A DNA stretch of 64,000 nt from the NCBI GenBank assembly GCA_030390025.1, contig CM059432.1, forward strand, positions 135,782,001 to 135,846,000. The letters run 5' to 3'. Source of the stretch: Squalus acanthias (taxonomy: Eukaryota). Of the stretch, positions 63,941 through 64,000 are shown piece after piece. Made by a program: the position numbers and the translations under genes. The stretch's first letter is position 1; every line of letters starts with the position of its first letter. The notes beneath the pieces were generated by a model. It ran no database searches. It was not told the origin of the DNA and saw nothing but the letters and a program-made list of their open reading frames with translations.

Positions 63941-64000
63941 TACCCAGGAGAGAAAATCAGCCAGGACTTTTACTTCTGATTGTAATCCAGTGACCTTTGT

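Overview
This is eukaryotic, transposon-saturated non-coding DNA from an elasmobranch, most likely a shark. The assignment rests on an HE1-type V-SINE and many SacSINE1-like DeuSINEs. I could not support any host protein-coding exon, true tRNA or rRNA gene, or CRISPR array; nearly all long ORFs in the track are TE remnants or low-complexity artefacts. Retroelements present are L2, CR1, a Crack/Daphne-like LINE, an RTE (BovB-like) LINE, at least four SINE families, and a 5'-truncated Penelope (RT + GIY-YIG) with minimal hammerhead ribozyme motifs. DNA transposons present are one structurally complete but dead PIF/Harbinger (DDE gene plus a convergent, intron-containing Myb/SANT gene, 34383-38049), about a dozen Harbinger-type non-autonomous derivatives, a hAT MITE and a Ginger-like foldback MITE. 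Several TE-free islands look like candidate conserved non-coding elements. The oddest feature is a ~501-bp copy (39381-39881) of the interior of a MITE 12.4 kb upstream. It has no TIR or TSD, sits inside a CR1 tail, and is ~99% identical for 400 bp, then ~27% substituted but still gap-free for the last 100 bp. Repeat boundaries were read by eye and are approximate unless a TIR or TSD is quoted.
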